The notes: generated by a model not told the origin, from the sequence alone. A stretch of DNA of 64,000 nt from Candidatus Sericytochromatia bacterium (GCA_036676495.1 JAKFCT010000082.1:64228-128227), one strand, 5' to 3'; shown: positions 20,901 to 32,338, numbered from the stretch's first letter. Numbers and translations: made by a program.

Positions 20901-21369
20901 GGTCGTCCTCGTGGGCGATGGGGGCTCCGAAGAGGGCCATGATGGCGTCGCCGATGTACTTGTCGACCACCCCACCGAAGCGGTAGATGGGCTCGGTCAG
21001 CACGGCGAAGAACTGGTTGACGATCTCGGTGACTTCTTCGGGGTCCAGCTTCTCGCTCATGGCGGTGAAGCCCGAGACGTCGGTGAAGAGGACCGTGACC
21101 ACCCGGCGATCGCTCTTGATCTCGGCTTGCTCGGGGGGGCTCGGAGCGGCTATCACGGGAGCGGGGGCGGGAGGGGCCGAGGGCACGGGGGCAGGCGCTC
21201 CTGCACCGGCGACCGGAGTTCCGCACTGGGAGCAGAACTTGGCGCCCGGCGCCAGCTCCGCCTGGCAGGATCCGCAAACGCACTCGACTTTGGTGCCGCA
21301 CTGGGAGCAGAATTTGGCGCCCGGGGTCAGCGCGGCTTGGCAGTTTGAGCAGTTCAACGTGTCAGCCAC
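17917..21369 (-). CDS. Class III adenylate cyclase with double zinc ribbon, STAND AAA ATPase and TPR repeats
   Basis: Repeated CxxC (AKFCSQCG), LFTDVSGFT, DKYIGD, GDTVNLAQR, Walker A GEAGVGKS and C-terminal TPRs; GTG start after GGAG. Confidence 0.92.
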   Translation of the reverse strand: MADTLNCSNCQAALTPGAKFCSQCGTKVECVCGSCQAELAPGAKFCSQCGTPVAGAGAPAPVPSAPPAPAPVIAAPSPPEQAEIKSDRRVVTVLFTDVSGFTAMSEKLDPEEVTEIVNQFFAVLTEPIYRFGGVVDKYIGDAIMALFGAPIAHEDDPERAVWAAYEMQRAAKEFADKLEAKTGIGLKVRIGINTGLVVAGAVGGAQKQDYTVMGDTVNLAQRMESNARPGKVLVTGETYRLARHRFSFMTLDPITVKGKVQPVEVYELEGPLKQVEEQNPDAHPFVNRVRELDSLTLGWERAVQGYPQLIVVSGEAGVGKSRLLGQFLSQRCQPSPLGLRARCQSYTQGSSFGMVGNLLHYLTKTTPHMPLNEVRAALESRCRDFAPDDASRLADLLGTFLGLDPSSSEIASLGQEQRRNAALEALNGLLLALSQIQPVMLSVEDLQWADEASLSWLKLFLDYLSHQPDRQRMMIVVQHRPGMSFDAQAFWKLDLTVIQVRPLEAQDSQKLLISLLGAVPDAGSAPALTTLLKQIQERAEGNPFYLKELVFSLIDGGVLVKTQDSWQVQRPSSEFKMPSTIQGAVAARLDRLPHFKRSLLQVASVLGRTFSQALLAKVAGTELPVPGLDELIKSNFLYQTSSGDYAFTQALTQEVAYQSLLLSSRKELHGRAGLAIEGLYADHLDENAHLLAHHFALAENFARALRYQVKAAQRAFDFFDLATARATIERALVLIDQQPDLEGPQRWEILYLKGLILTPLNLFEEAHSVLEAAFALLTDPPHQAKVLLAQGDLYERQANYPNALDTYQQGYDLLPPEYTTERASLLAKVAYAKYRSGEQEACQMLCHESLALIEGGDHPKEAGFAHSVLGLCLWRLGNLEQAIQHTQLAMQHREAAKDLLGVASSSNNLASIYTDAGETTLAEQYYLRGLQAYERIGDGYFISKAHNNLGDLLMAMGKLAEAEGHLRKALDIQQRLQHKDILATILFNLGNVLFYRDKLEEALTFMRKGLSIFESLDVREVFPEVYRSIALACAEANLLAEAQESVERALHFAHEMGDPVTPAVVLRIQSLLALKAGDLEAAKAKAAEAIARLSDVDAPLELGRAYALSARLLAGTPDGERAHSQARELFERLGAQLDLAQLSAASPLQT

Positions 21370-21578
21370 TTTCTCCAGTTGACCGCATTCCCGGCAGCTT
21401 GCCAGGGACAAAGACAGGCCATCGATAGCACCCTGGAATTCTACCCGGGCGAGCCCATCTTAGCACGCTTTCCGCCCTCTCGGCATCAAGGCGACATCTC
21501 CATGGGGAGGTGTCGCCTTGATGCTATGTTGTTGCCGTGCTGTGTCGGCTTACGGACGCCCGGAAGTCGACCGGTTTT

Positions 21579-22637
21579 CTAGGGATGGAAGAGGAACGCC
21601 AAGGCGATGAGCCCGTAGGTGCCGAGCAGCATGGCTCCTTCCAGCCAGTTCGATTCGCCGTCGAGCGAGATGAAGTTGACGATCAGGACCGAGACGAAGA
21701 CCGTCACCAGCTCGAAGATCCCGAAGTTAAGGGTAAGGGGCTGCCCGATGGCCCAGCCGACCAGAATGAGCAAGGGGGCGATGAGCAGGGCGATCTGCGT
21801 GCTCGAGCCGATGGCCACTCCGAGGCTCAGGTCCATCTTGTTCTTCATGGCGACGGTCACGGCGGTCAGGTGCTCGGCGGCGTTACCGATCACCGGCACC
21901 AGGATGACGCCGATGAAGAGTTCCGACAGTCCCCAGGTTTCGGCGACATGCGAGATCGAACCGACCAGGAACTCGGCTTCGACCGCCACGACCGCCGTCG
22001 CCAGCAACAGGAGGCCGACCGCCGGCCAGAGCTGGAGCTTAGGCTCCTCGACCCCTTCGCCGTGGCTGGAGCCGTCGTAGAGGTGGGTATGGGTCTTGAG
22101 CTGGAAGATCAGGTAGAGCGCGTAGATGCCAATCAGGATGAACGCTGCCCAGTGCGACAGGTTGGAGAGCCCGGTGAGCGTTTCCGCGGTCGCGGGGGAG
22201 GTGGCGACGAAGGCCGCGGGCATCGTCAGGGCGACGACGGCCAGCATCAGCATGGAGGCGTTGACCCCGGCGGCAGACCGGTTAAAATTCTGGGCTTTGT
22301 GCTTGAAGCCGCCCAGCAGGAGGGCGAGGCCCAGGACCAGGAGGATGTTGCCGATGATCGAGCCGACGATGGACGCCTGGACGACGGTCAGCAGACCCGC
22401 CCGGAGCGCGAAGAACGCGATGATGAGTTCGACCGCGTTCCCGAAGGTCGCGTTCAGCAAGCCGCCCAGGCCGGGACCGGTGCGCAGCGCGATTTCCTCG
22501 GTGGCGTAGCCCATCGTCTTCGCCAGGGGCACGATGGCCAGCATGCTCGTCACGAAGACGATGGTGGGGTTCCAGTGAAGCAACTCGGCGGCGATGGAGA
22601 CCGGAACGAAGAGCAGGAGCAGGTAGATCAGTTTCAC
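21579..22637 (-). CDS. cax: Ca2+/H+ antiporter (CaCA family)
   Basis: GGLLNATFGNAVE, GNAAEH, GSSTQIAL and DGESNWLEG. Confidence 0.95.
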   Translation of the reverse strand: MKLIYLLLLFVPVSIAAELLHWNPTIVFVTSMLAIVPLAKTMGYATEEIALRTGPGLGGLLNATFGNAVELIIAFFALRAGLLTVVQASIVGSIIGNILLVLGLALLLGGFKHKAQNFNRSAAGVNASMLMLAVVALTMPAAFVATSPATAETLTGLSNLSHWAAFILIGIYALYLIFQLKTHTHLYDGSSHGEGVEEPKLQLWPAVGLLLLATAVVAVEAEFLVGSISHVAETWGLSELFIGVILVPVIGNAAEHLTAVTVAMKNKMDLSLGVAIGSSTQIALLIAPLLILVGWAIGQPLTLNFGIFELVTVFVSVLIVNFISLDGESNWLEGAMLLGTYGLIALAFLFHP

Positions 22638-22676
22638 GTGCGATCCTCTAAGGTGGGGTTGCGTCTCTAGTTGCTC

Positions 22677-24128
<1,452 letters not shown>

Positions 24129-24136
24129 CATCCTTC

Positions 24137-25615
24137 CTATCGGTTAGTCGCGAACGCCAGCTCGGGGCGGCGGCGATGGAACTCGGTCGCTTGCTCGAAG
24201 GCATAACCGGCCTGGTAGAGGCGGCCTTCCGAGAGTGCGGGGCCCTGAAGCTGCAAGCCGATGGGCAGCCCGTTCGCGTCGAAGCCGCAAGGGATGCTGA
24301 GGGCCGGGATACCCGCGAGGTTCGCGAGCACCGTGGCCACGTCCGTCAGGTACATCTCCAGGGGATCGGCCGTCTTCTCGCCCAGCCGGAAGGCGGTATC
24401 CGGGGTGGTCGGGCTCAACAGGACGTCGAAGCGCTCGAAGGCCTTCGCGTAGTCCTCCCGGATCCGGGTGCGGACCTGCTGGGCGCGCTTGTAGTAGGCA
24501 TCGTAGTAGCCGCTGGAGAGGGCGTAGGTGCCGAGCATGATGCGGCGCTTGACCTCGGCGCCGAAGCCTTCCTCGCGGGTGCGCTGGTACATGGTCAAGA
24601 GGTCGGGGGCATCCGCACGACGGGTGTATTTCACGCCGTCGTAGCGGGCCAGGTTCGAGCTGGCTTCCGCCGTCGCGACCAGGTAGTAGGCGGCGATCCC
24701 GTACTCGGCCATCGGGAGGCTGACTTCTTCGACGCGGGCGCCGAGCTGCTCGTAGGTTTCGGCGGCGCGCCTCACGGCGTCCCGGACGGCCGGAGCGACG
24801 CCTTCGCCCATCAGCTCGGTGATGAGGCCGATCTTGACTCCCTTGAGCCCACCGCCGACGAGGCTCGCGCTCCAGGCCGGGACTCCCTCGGTGAGCGAGG
24901 TGGAGTCGAGGGGGTCGTGACCGGCGATCGCCTCCAGCAGCAGGGCGTTGTCGCGAACGTCCCGGGAGAGGGGGCCGATCTGATCCAGGCTCGAGGCGAA
25001 GGCGACCAGCCCGTAGCGCGAGACCCGGCCGTAGGTGGGCTTCATGCCGACCACGCCGCAGAGGGCCGCGGGCTGGCGGATGGACCCGCCGGTATCCGAA
25101 CCCAGCGAGAGGATGGCCTCGCCGGCGGCCACGGCCGCGGCCGAGCCGCCCGAGGAGCCTCCCGGCACGCGAGAGGTATCCCACGGGTTAGTGGTCTTCT
25201 TGTAGGCCGAGTTCTCGGTCGAGGAGCCCATGGCGAACTCGTCCATGTTGGCCTTGCCGACGCTGATCATGCCGGCTGCCTGGACCTTGGCGGTGGCGGT
25301 GGCGTCGTAGGGTGGGACGAAGTGCTCGAGCATCTTCGATGCGCAGGTCGTGAGGGTCCCCTTGGTGTTGAGGTTGTCCTTGAGGGCGATCGGAATGCCG
25401 GCCAGGGGCCCGAGCGCTTCGCCTGCCGCGCGGCGGCGGTCGATGGCTTCGGCCTGGCGCAGGGCCGACTCGCGGGTCACGGTCACGTAGGACCCGATCG
25501 TTTCCTCGACGGCGTCGATCCGGGCGAGGACGGCCTGGGTCAGCTCGACGGCGGACAGGTCTCGATGGCGCAGCCGCTCGGCCAGCTGCACGGCGGTAAG
25601 CTCGAAAAGGTTCAC
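24137..25615 (-). CDS. gatA: Asp/Glu-tRNA amidotransferase subunit A
   Basis: Amidase signature [18 protein letters not shown] and [13 protein letters not shown]. Confidence 0.99.
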   Translation of the reverse strand: MNLFELTAVQLAERLRHRDLSAVELTQAVLARIDAVEETIGSYVTVTRESALRQAEAIDRRRAAGEALGPLAGIPIALKDNLNTKGTLTTCASKMLEHFVPPYDATATAKVQAAGMISVGKANMDEFAMGSSTENSAYKKTTNPWDTSRVPGGSSGGSAAAVAAGEAILSLGSDTGGSIRQPAALCGVVGMKPTYGRVSRYGLVAFASSLDQIGPLSRDVRDNALLLEAIAGHDPLDSTSLTEGVPAWSASLVGGGLKGVKIGLITELMGEGVAPAVRDAVRRAAETYEQLGARVEEVSLPMAEYGIAAYYLVATAEASSNLARYDGVKYTRRADAPDLLTMYQRTREEGFGAEVKRRIMLGTYALSSGYYDAYYKRAQQVRTRIREDYAKAFERFDVLLSPTTPDTAFRLGEKTADPLEMYLTDVATVLANLAGIPALSIPCGFDANGLPIGLQLQGPALSEGRLYQAGYAFEQATEFHRRRPELAFATNR

Positions 25616-25698
25616 GGGGGTCTCCTCTAATCGACGATTGGCGGAACTTCCGCTAGTAGTCGATCGTACACGAAACCCTCCGTCCGATCCACTCAGAA

Positions 25699-25745
25699 AC
25701 GGCAGGTTGAGCGTCGAGACATCGGCTCGACGCTCAACCTGCCGT
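25699..25745. repeat. Perfect 20-bp inverted repeat (terminator or REP-like hairpin)
   Basis: acggcaggttgagcgtcgag-acatcgg-ctcgacgctcaacctgccgt. Confidence 0.7.
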
Positions 25746-25770
25746 CATTCCCGCGCAAGGGGGGGGACCG
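25744..25770 (+). repeat. GTCATTCCCGCG-type palindromic repeat, family B (degenerate)
   Basis: gtcattcccgcgcaagggggg; compare 56613. Confidence 0.5.
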
Positions 25771-25795
25771 GAACTCCGTGGACCGGGAGGCAGGG

Positions 25796-27313
25796 TCACT
25801 GCCGTCGCAGAGCGATTCGTCGGTCGAAGCGCTTGAGCACGCTCGCGGCGAGCTCGCGCTCGGTGGCGTCCAGCGCGCCGGTGAGCCAGAGGCCAGCGGC
25901 ATAGACGGCGCCCCCGGCTGCAGGGGCGGCGAGAAGCGCCAGCCATGGCGGTAGATGATTGACGATGAGCCAGACCGGCAAGGCCATCAGCCCCGTGGAA
26001 AGGGTGACAGGCAGGAGCATGGCGACGGGCGGGCGGACTCCGGCGTAGGTGTAGGCTCCCCAAAGGCCGGGGATGAGGCTTGCAAGCTGCGCGAGGCCGT
26101 TGGCGGCCACCGCGCCCCAGGCTCCCCAGAAGGGGATCAGCGCGACGTCGAGGATGAGGTTGAGGACCGCCACCGAGACGCCGACGCGGACCAGGTAGCG
26201 CTCGCCTCCGGTCGAATAGAGCAGCGAGGAGGCCGGGTAGCCGTAGATCATCACGAGGGCTCCGGCGACCAAGAGGGCGGCGAGCAGGCCTGCGACCGGG
26301 AGGTAAGCCGTGCCGTAGAGCAGCGTGACCAGGGGCTTCGCGACGAGGGCGCCTCCGACGGCGACCGGCACGGCCAGCATGGCCATCGCGCGGCAGCTGC
26401 GGGTGAAGACGCGCGCGGTGCCCTCGCGGTCGCCGGCGCCTTCCGAACGGGCCATCATGGGGATCAGCAGCCCCACCAGGGTTCCCGGCAGCAGCTTCAT
26501 GGCCATGGTGGCGAGCCCGAAGGCCAAGCTATAGAAGGCGACTTGCTGAGCCGGCGCCCAAGCGCCCAAGAAGAACAGTTCCGAGCGCTGCCAGACGATG
26601 GCATCAAGGCCCAGCATGGCGAAGACGGCCCACTGAAAGCGCTTGAGCTTTTGCTGGAAGCCGAGATCCACCTGGGTCCGCCACCAGCGGGGATTCCAGC
26701 GGGCGAGGAAGGCCAGGTAAGCCAGGCAGCTGATGGCGGCCACGCCGGCGGTGACGCCGAGGAGGCCGGGGATGCCGCCTCCGGCGAGGAGGACGGCGAT
26801 CGCCCCTCCGAGCGTGAGCAGCGTGCCGAGGCCCGTGACCGCGGCCATCCAGTCGTAGCGCTGCAACCCCTGGCAGGCCCCGGCGAAGAGGGCGCTCATC
26901 GCCGTGGGCAGGATCCCCAGCGCCCCGATGCCGAGGTAGAGCGTGATTGGAAAGCCGGGGTAGATCCGCGGCGCCAGGGGGGCCAGGGCGAGCACCAGGG
27001 CCGTCACTCCCAGGCCCGTCCAGGCCACGCGGCGTGCCGCGTGCGCCAGCACTCCCGCAGCCTCCTCGGATCCCGCGCCTTCAAGATCCTGACCCAACCG
27101 CTCGGCCATGAAGCGCGTCGCTGTGGTCACGTAGCCCAAGTTGGCGATGAGACCCGCGAGGGAGGTGAACCAGACGACGAGGGAGTAGTGGCCCATGGCT
27201 TCGGGAGCGAGCACGCGGGCCACGAGGGCCGTGAGGCCGATCCCGAGGACGGCGCTGGAGAGCAGGGAGATGAACGAGAAGGCGGTGTTCTTGGCAACTT
27301 TGAGATTAGCCAT
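25796..27313 (-). CDS. Wzx-like polysaccharide flippase (MOP family)
   Basis: KVAKNTAFS start, about 14 TM segments, LIPFWGAWGAVAA motif. Confidence 0.9.
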   Translation of the reverse strand: MANLKVAKNTAFSFISLLSSAVLGIGLTALVARVLAPEAMGHYSLVVWFTSLAGLIANLGYVTTATRFMAERLGQDLEGAGSEEAAGVLAHAARRVAWTGLGVTALVLALAPLAPRIYPGFPITLYLGIGALGILPTAMSALFAGACQGLQRYDWMAAVTGLGTLLTLGGAIAVLLAGGGIPGLLGVTAGVAAISCLAYLAFLARWNPRWWRTQVDLGFQQKLKRFQWAVFAMLGLDAIVWQRSELFFLGAWAPAQQVAFYSLAFGLATMAMKLLPGTLVGLLIPMMARSEGAGDREGTARVFTRSCRAMAMLAVPVAVGGALVAKPLVTLLYGTAYLPVAGLLAALLVAGALVMIYGYPASSLLYSTGGERYLVRVGVSVAVLNLILDVALIPFWGAWGAVAANGLAQLASLIPGLWGAYTYAGVRPPVAMLLPVTLSTGLMALPVWLIVNHLPPWLALLAAPAAGGAVYAAGLWLTGALDATERELAASVLKRFDRRIALRRQ

Positions 27314-27899
27314 TGATGGTCTCCCTCGTTTGTAGGGGGCGCGCGGGGGCTCCGACCAGCACGGTGCCGGGGCCGAAGGAGCGGGTCACCACCGCGTTGG
27401 CGCCCACGACGCAGCCGTCCCCGAGCGTGACGCCCTTCATGAGGACGACGTTGGCCCCGATCCAGACGTTGTTGCCGAGCGTCACGGCTTCCACCCGGTA
27501 GCCTTGCTCGGAGACGGGGCGGTGGGGATCGTCGAAGCGGTGGTCATGGTCCCGGATGCTGACGCGTTCCGCCAGGAGGCAGTCGGCGCCGATGCTGAGG
27601 CGTTCGAGCACGCTGAGCACGCTCCATGCTCCGATCAGGCTGCGCGGTCCGATTTCCAAGAGGCCGTCGACTTTGAGCTCGGTGCCCTCCCGGATGCAGG
27701 CTCCGGGACCGATCCGGATGCGGCCTTCGTCGCCGACCCGCCAGATCAGTCCGCGCTCCAGGCGCGCCTGTGGGTCCAGCATGAGCCGTCCGTGCAGCTC
27801 GCGCTCCACGAGGAGCTGGTGGGCCCGCGCGCGCCAGAAGCCGAGCCGGCGGTCCCAGTAGGCAAGGTCCGCCACGCGTTCACGGAGCCAGCGCTCCAT
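27306..27899 (-). CDS. Hexapeptide-repeat (LbH) O-acetyltransferase
   Basis: IRDHDH and VWIGANVVLMKGVTLGDGCVVGANAVVT...VGAPAR; ATG at 27899. Confidence 0.9.
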   Translation of the reverse strand: MERWLRERVADLAYWDRRLGFWRARAHQLLVERELHGRLMLDPQARLERGLIWRVGDEGRIRIGPGACIREGTELKVDGLLEIGPRSLIGAWSVLSVLERLSIGADCLLAERVSIRDHDHRFDDPHRPVSEQGYRVEAVTLGNNVWIGANVVLMKGVTLGDGCVVGANAVVTRSFGPGTVLVGAPARPLQTRETING

Positions 27900-29151
27900 A
27901 CCCGGCCTCCTTCCCCGTCCGACGGCGTATGGCCTCCAGGTAGGCCTCGACCGTGAGCTTGGCGATCCGGCGCTGGTCGAAGCAGGCTTCCACGTGCCGC
28001 CGCGCCTCACGGCCCATGCGCCGACGCCGTCCCTCGTCCGTGGCCAGCGCCATCATGGCGACCAGCAAGGAATCGACCGATCCCGGCAGGACCAGGTAGC
28101 CATGCCGCTCGCTCATCACGATCTCGGGCACGCCGCCCGCGAGCGTGCCGATCACCGGCAGGCCGCATGCCATCGCCTCGAGGTAGACCATTCCGAAGGG
28201 CTCCATGCGGGACGGAGCCACCAGCGCGTCGCAGGCCGCGTAGACCTCAGGCAGGCGCTCGGAGGCCACCCCGCCCAGCCAGTGGACGCGATCGTGCACG
28301 CCCGCCTCGCGGATGGTGCGCGAGACGGCCTCCCAGGCCGAGCCCTCCAGGGTCCGGGTATCCTCGCCCGCCAGGACCAAGTGAAGGTACGGCACCCGTG
28401 GTGCCAGCCGCGCAAACGCCTGGGCCAGCACGTCGACGCCCTTGCGGCGTTCGAGTCTCCCCACGTACCCCATGACCACATGGTCCGCCGGGATACTCAA
28501 CTCGTCGCGCAAGAGCGAGGGCAGGCCGGGGCGGAAACGCTCGACGTCGACCCCCAGGCGCAGGACGCCGATGGTCGAGAGGGGGAGATGGTGGTCCAGG
28601 CTGCATGCTTCGGCGAGTGCCCGGGAGTTGGCCAGGCGCAGGATGCCGCGGCGCATGGCGAGTCCCTCGAGCATGGCGCGGAGGCGCTGGTCCATGCTGT
28701 CGGGACGGTCGTTGAGCCGTCGGACCAGGGCTGCATGGGTATGGTGCCGGATCACGATCGGCACGCTGCGGGGCAAGGCCAGCCCTCCGGCCTGCCATTC
28801 GGGAACTTCCACCAGGTCGAGCGGCTGGGTCGCATGGATCCGGCGGACGGCCCGCGAGGCCTCGACGATCCATGGCCAGCACGCGAGCGAAAGCCCCCAG
28901 AAGCGGTTCCCGAAGGGCAGCTTGGCCTGGGGTTCCAGCTCCAGCCGGTGCACGCTGAGCTCTCCCTTGGCCTCGATGCCCGCGGGCATGGCCCCGCGTG
29001 GGGCCACCAGGTGGACCCGGTGGCCCAGGCTCGCGAGCCCGCGCGCGAGCATCGCCGAGTAGGTGCCGATGCCTCCGGTCGGCCCTTCCACCGGCTCCGG
29101 GCAGAGCAGGGCCAGGCGCAGCCGGGACCCCTGAGGCCGCGGGGGGCTCAC
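27880..29151 (-). CDS. GT4 glycosyltransferase
   Basis: GGIGTY, YVGRLERRKG and EPFGMVYLEAMACG; GTGA overlap with the upstream stop. Confidence 0.92.
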   Translation of the reverse strand: MSPPRPQGSRLRLALLCPEPVEGPTGGIGTYSAMLARGLASLGHRVHLVAPRGAMPAGIEAKGELSVHRLELEPQAKLPFGNRFWGLSLACWPWIVEASRAVRRIHATQPLDLVEVPEWQAGGLALPRSVPIVIRHHTHAALVRRLNDRPDSMDQRLRAMLEGLAMRRGILRLANSRALAEACSLDHHLPLSTIGVLRLGVDVERFRPGLPSLLRDELSIPADHVVMGYVGRLERRKGVDVLAQAFARLAPRVPYLHLVLAGEDTRTLEGSAWEAVSRTIREAGVHDRVHWLGGVASERLPEVYAACDALVAPSRMEPFGMVYLEAMACGLPVIGTLAGGVPEIVMSERHGYLVLPGSVDSLLVAMMALATDEGRRRRMGREARRHVEACFDQRRIAKLTVEAYLEAIRRRTGKEAGYGALAP

Positions 29152-30626
29152 GACGAGGCCCCCGCGTGCGGGCCGCCGCCTTGCGCGCTGGCGACGGCGT
29201 TGGCATGGGCCTGGCGGGCCATGCAGAACTGCACATGCGTCGGAGCATGCCATGCGGCGTGCTTGGCGAAGCGCGCCCATGCCCAGAGCTTGGCGACGCC
29301 GCGCTTTCGGGCGATCGCCCGAGCCCTCAAGGTCTTCTCCAGTTCGCCTTGCGCCCAGCGGTAGGCCAGGCGGACCTCGGCGTCGGAGAGATGCTTGGTG
29401 CGCACCAGGCATTCCGTGCCGGAGTACTGCCTCCAGGACCCCGTCTTCAGCACCAGCCCCTGCTGCTCGGCCTCCTCACGGTAGACCGTCCCGTGATACG
29501 GCGTCATCAGCGAGACCGAGTAGTTCATCGGCAGCGCCTGGGCCATCCGGACCGTGGCATGGACCGAGTCGTAGGACTCGGAGCTCGAGCCCACCACCAT
29601 GAACCCCGTGAGCTCGATGCCCAGCTCCTCGCAGCGCTTCATGTTGGCGATGGTCAGCTTCAGCGCGTCCGGGTGCTGGTGGATCTCTCGCAGGATCTGG
29701 GGATCCGCGGACTCGATGCCGGTCATCAACCGCCTCAGCCCGGACTGGGCCAGCACTTTCAGGGTCTCCGGGTCCAGGCTCTCGAGATCGGTCTCGATCA
29801 CCCACTCGAACGTCAATCCCTGGGTGGCCATGCCCTCGGCGAGCGAACGAAGGCGCTTCTTGACCAGGCCGATATTGGGATCGCGCGCTTGCAGCCGCTT
29901 GGCTCCGAGCTGCTTCAGCATCTGCAGCTCGCCGAGCACGTTCTCCACCGAGCGCTGGCGCCAGGGGCCTCCCTGGTTGACGTAGTAGGGGCACATCGAG
30001 CAGGCCTTCGGGCAGCCGCGCGTCGTGAGCACGTAAAACGTCATCTCCGGTCCGTAGCGCGAAAGGTCAAGCAGGTGCCAGGCCGGGAAGGGCAAGTCGT
30101 CGAGCGTCTGGAGCAATTGCCAGTCCTGCGGCGCGGCGCGGCCCGGACGCCAGATAGACGCCGAGTCCTTGCCGTCGAGGTAATCCCCCAGGACGACCTC
30201 TCCCTCGCCGAAGAAGGCCGCGTCCAGGGCCGAGCCCTCCAGCCATTGCGCATGGGTGGTCCGGATCACGTTGCCGAAGCCGAAGACCTCCAGGGTCGGC
30301 AGCGCCGCCTTGATCGCTTTGACCAGCTCCAGGTCCTCGCTCAAACTTGGCAGCGAAATTCGGATGCCCAGCCGATCGGGCGGATCGGCCTTGAGCCGGG
30401 CGAGCACCGCGGCGGGATCCAGCCCCTCCGCCGGGGCGTCGATCAAGGTGACCTCCCAGCCCCGCTGCTCTGCCACGGCTCCCGCGTAGAGCCAGTCCAT
30501 GGGAGGCGTGAGCGCCCGGTAGCGGTAGCGGGAGTTGATCCGGAACATCACCCCCAGACCGCCCGCCTTGTCGCGATCGGAAAGGAAGCCCGGCGTCTCC
30601 GGCGGGTTGATCAGGTGGAGTCGCAT
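29148..30626 (-). CDS. B12-binding-domain radical SAM protein
   Basis: N-terminal LINPP...PP..WLY..A...IDA region, LDDLPFPAW, RGCPKACSMC (CxxxCxxC) and GIES. Confidence 0.9.
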   Translation of the reverse strand: MRLHLINPPETPGFLSDRDKAGGLGVMFRINSRYRYRALTPPMDWLYAGAVAEQRGWEVTLIDAPAEGLDPAAVLARLKADPPDRLGIRISLPSLSEDLELVKAIKAALPTLEVFGFGNVIRTTHAQWLEGSALDAAFFGEGEVVLGDYLDGKDSASIWRPGRAAPQDWQLLQTLDDLPFPAWHLLDLSRYGPEMTFYVLTTRGCPKACSMCPYYVNQGGPWRQRSVENVLGELQMLKQLGAKRLQARDPNIGLVKKRLRSLAEGMATQGLTFEWVIETDLESLDPETLKVLAQSGLRRLMTGIESADPQILREIHQHPDALKLTIANMKRCEELGIELTGFMVVGSSSESYDSVHATVRMAQALPMNYSVSLMTPYHGTVYREEAEQQGLVLKTGSWRQYSGTECLVRTKHLSDAEVRLAYRWAQGELEKTLRARAIARKRGVAKLWAWARFAKHAAWHAPTHVQFCMARQAHANAVASAQGGGPHAGASS

Positions 30627-30628
30627 GC

Positions 30629-32023
30629 TCACCTCCCCATTCCCTGGTAGCTGAACCCGGCCGCCCGGACTTCTCCGGGGTTCAGGAGGTTGCGCCCGTC
30701 CAGCAGGAGGGGCATCGCCTGCTGGGGGTTCAAGGCCGCGCGCAGGGCCGCGAGATCCAGCGTGCGGAACTCGTCCCATTCGGTCGCGATCAGGACGGCA
30801 TCCGCTCCGTGGGCCGCTTCGAGGGGACTCGCGCAGATGACCAGCCGCGGCAAGAGCTTGCCCGCCCCGTCAGCGGCGATGGGATCGAATCCCTTGACCC
30901 GGGCTCCCAGCTTCAAGAGATCCTTGGCGATGGACAGGGCCGGGGCATCGCGCAGATCGTCGGTATTGGGCTTGAAGGCCAGCCCGAGGATGGCGATCGT
31001 CTTGCCCTTGAGGACCTTGAGGTGACTCTGGAGCTTCTGGACGGCGATCGCCCGCTGCCGCCGGTTGACGTTTTGAACGGCCGTCAGCAGCTCGGCCTCG
31101 TAACCGTAGTCCTGAGTGATGTGCATGAGCGCCGAGACGTCCTTGGGGAAGCACGACCCGCCCCAGCCGAGCCCCGCATGGAGGAAGAGCCCTCCGATCC
31201 GGCGATCGAGGCCCATGCCCATGGCCACCTGCGTCACGTCGGCCCCCACCCGCTCGCAGACGTTGGAGATCTCGTTGATGAAGCTGATCTTGGTGGCCAG
31301 GAAGGCGTTGGCCGCATACTTGATCATCTCCGCCGACGTCAGGTCCGTCACGATGAACGGCACCTCGCGCGCCTCCAGGGCGTCCCAGTCGCCATGCCCC
31401 GGCACCCGCCGCTCGATCAAGGGCGCGTAGAGCTCGCGCATGATCCGGACCGCCCGCTCGCTCTGAGAGCCGATCACGATCCGGTCCGGGAAGAAGGTGT
31501 CATGGATCGCCGAGCCCTCCCGCAAGAACTCGGGGTTCGACACCACGTCGTACCCATGTTCGGCCTCGGAGAGCCCCCCAGACCCCACCCGCTCCCGCTG
31601 GACCTGGGCCAACCCCTCGCTGACCAGCATGGCGACCCAGTCTCCCGAGCCCACGGGCACCGTGCTCTTGTTGACGATGACCTTGTAGCCGTTGAGTGCC
31701 TGGCCGATCCCCCGAGCGACCTCCTCGACCGCCGAGAGATCCGCCTCCCCGTTCGGCAACGGCGGAGTGCCCACCGTGATGAAGACCACTTCCGACGCCC
31801 GCACCCCCTCGGCCAGATCCGAGGTGAAGCGCAGCCGCCCCGCCAGGCTGTTCATGTTGACCAGCGCCTCCAGGCCCGGCTCGTAGATGGGAATCAGCCC
31901 CTCCTCCAGGCGCGCGATCTTCTCCCGATCCGCATCGACGCAGATCACGTCGTTGCCGACCTCCGCCAGACAGGCCCCGGAAACCAGCCCCACGTATCCG
32001 GTGCCGATCACGCAAACCTTCAT
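30629..32023 (-). CDS. ugd: UDP-glucose 6-dehydrogenase
   Basis: IGTGYVGL, KSTVPVG, SNPEFLREG, GGSCFPKD and GLAFKPNTDD. Confidence 0.96.
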   Translation of the reverse strand: MKVCVIGTGYVGLVSGACLAEVGNDVICVDADREKIARLEEGLIPIYEPGLEALVNMNSLAGRLRFTSDLAEGVRASEVVFITVGTPPLPNGEADLSAVEEVARGIGQALNGYKVIVNKSTVPVGSGDWVAMLVSEGLAQVQRERVGSGGLSEAEHGYDVVSNPEFLREGSAIHDTFFPDRIVIGSQSERAVRIMRELYAPLIERRVPGHGDWDALEAREVPFIVTDLTSAEMIKYAANAFLATKISFINEISNVCERVGADVTQVAMGMGLDRRIGGLFLHAGLGWGGSCFPKDVSALMHITQDYGYEAELLTAVQNVNRRQRAIAVQKLQSHLKVLKGKTIAILGLAFKPNTDDLRDAPALSIAKDLLKLGARVKGFDPIAADGAGKLLPRLVICASPLEAAHGADAVLIATEWDEFRTLDLAALRAALNPQQAMPLLLDGRNLLNPGEVRAAGFSYQGMGR

Positions 32024-32338
32024 GCTTGCCTCCTCAACCCCTCGTCGCCCCGCGGTCGCCTCGGCCCTGCGCGCGCTTCGCGCCGGTCTCGTTCCCGTGT
32101 CTCTCGCTCCCGTGTCTCTCGCTCGCTCGTTTCGGCCTGCCCCGGGCATTTCCGCCTCCCGAGCCCAGTCTCGTCCAAACGTTACAATCCTTCACCCCCG
32201 CCTCCATCGGCATGGGGACTTAAAAATCCGGTCACCCCGCCCAATGCCGCGCCGAAACACGCTTGCTTACAGCATTCGAGGCGCTTGACCCTTTCCAGGC
32301 CCGCTCCTTACAATGGATCGTCTGAAAGGAGGTGCGGA

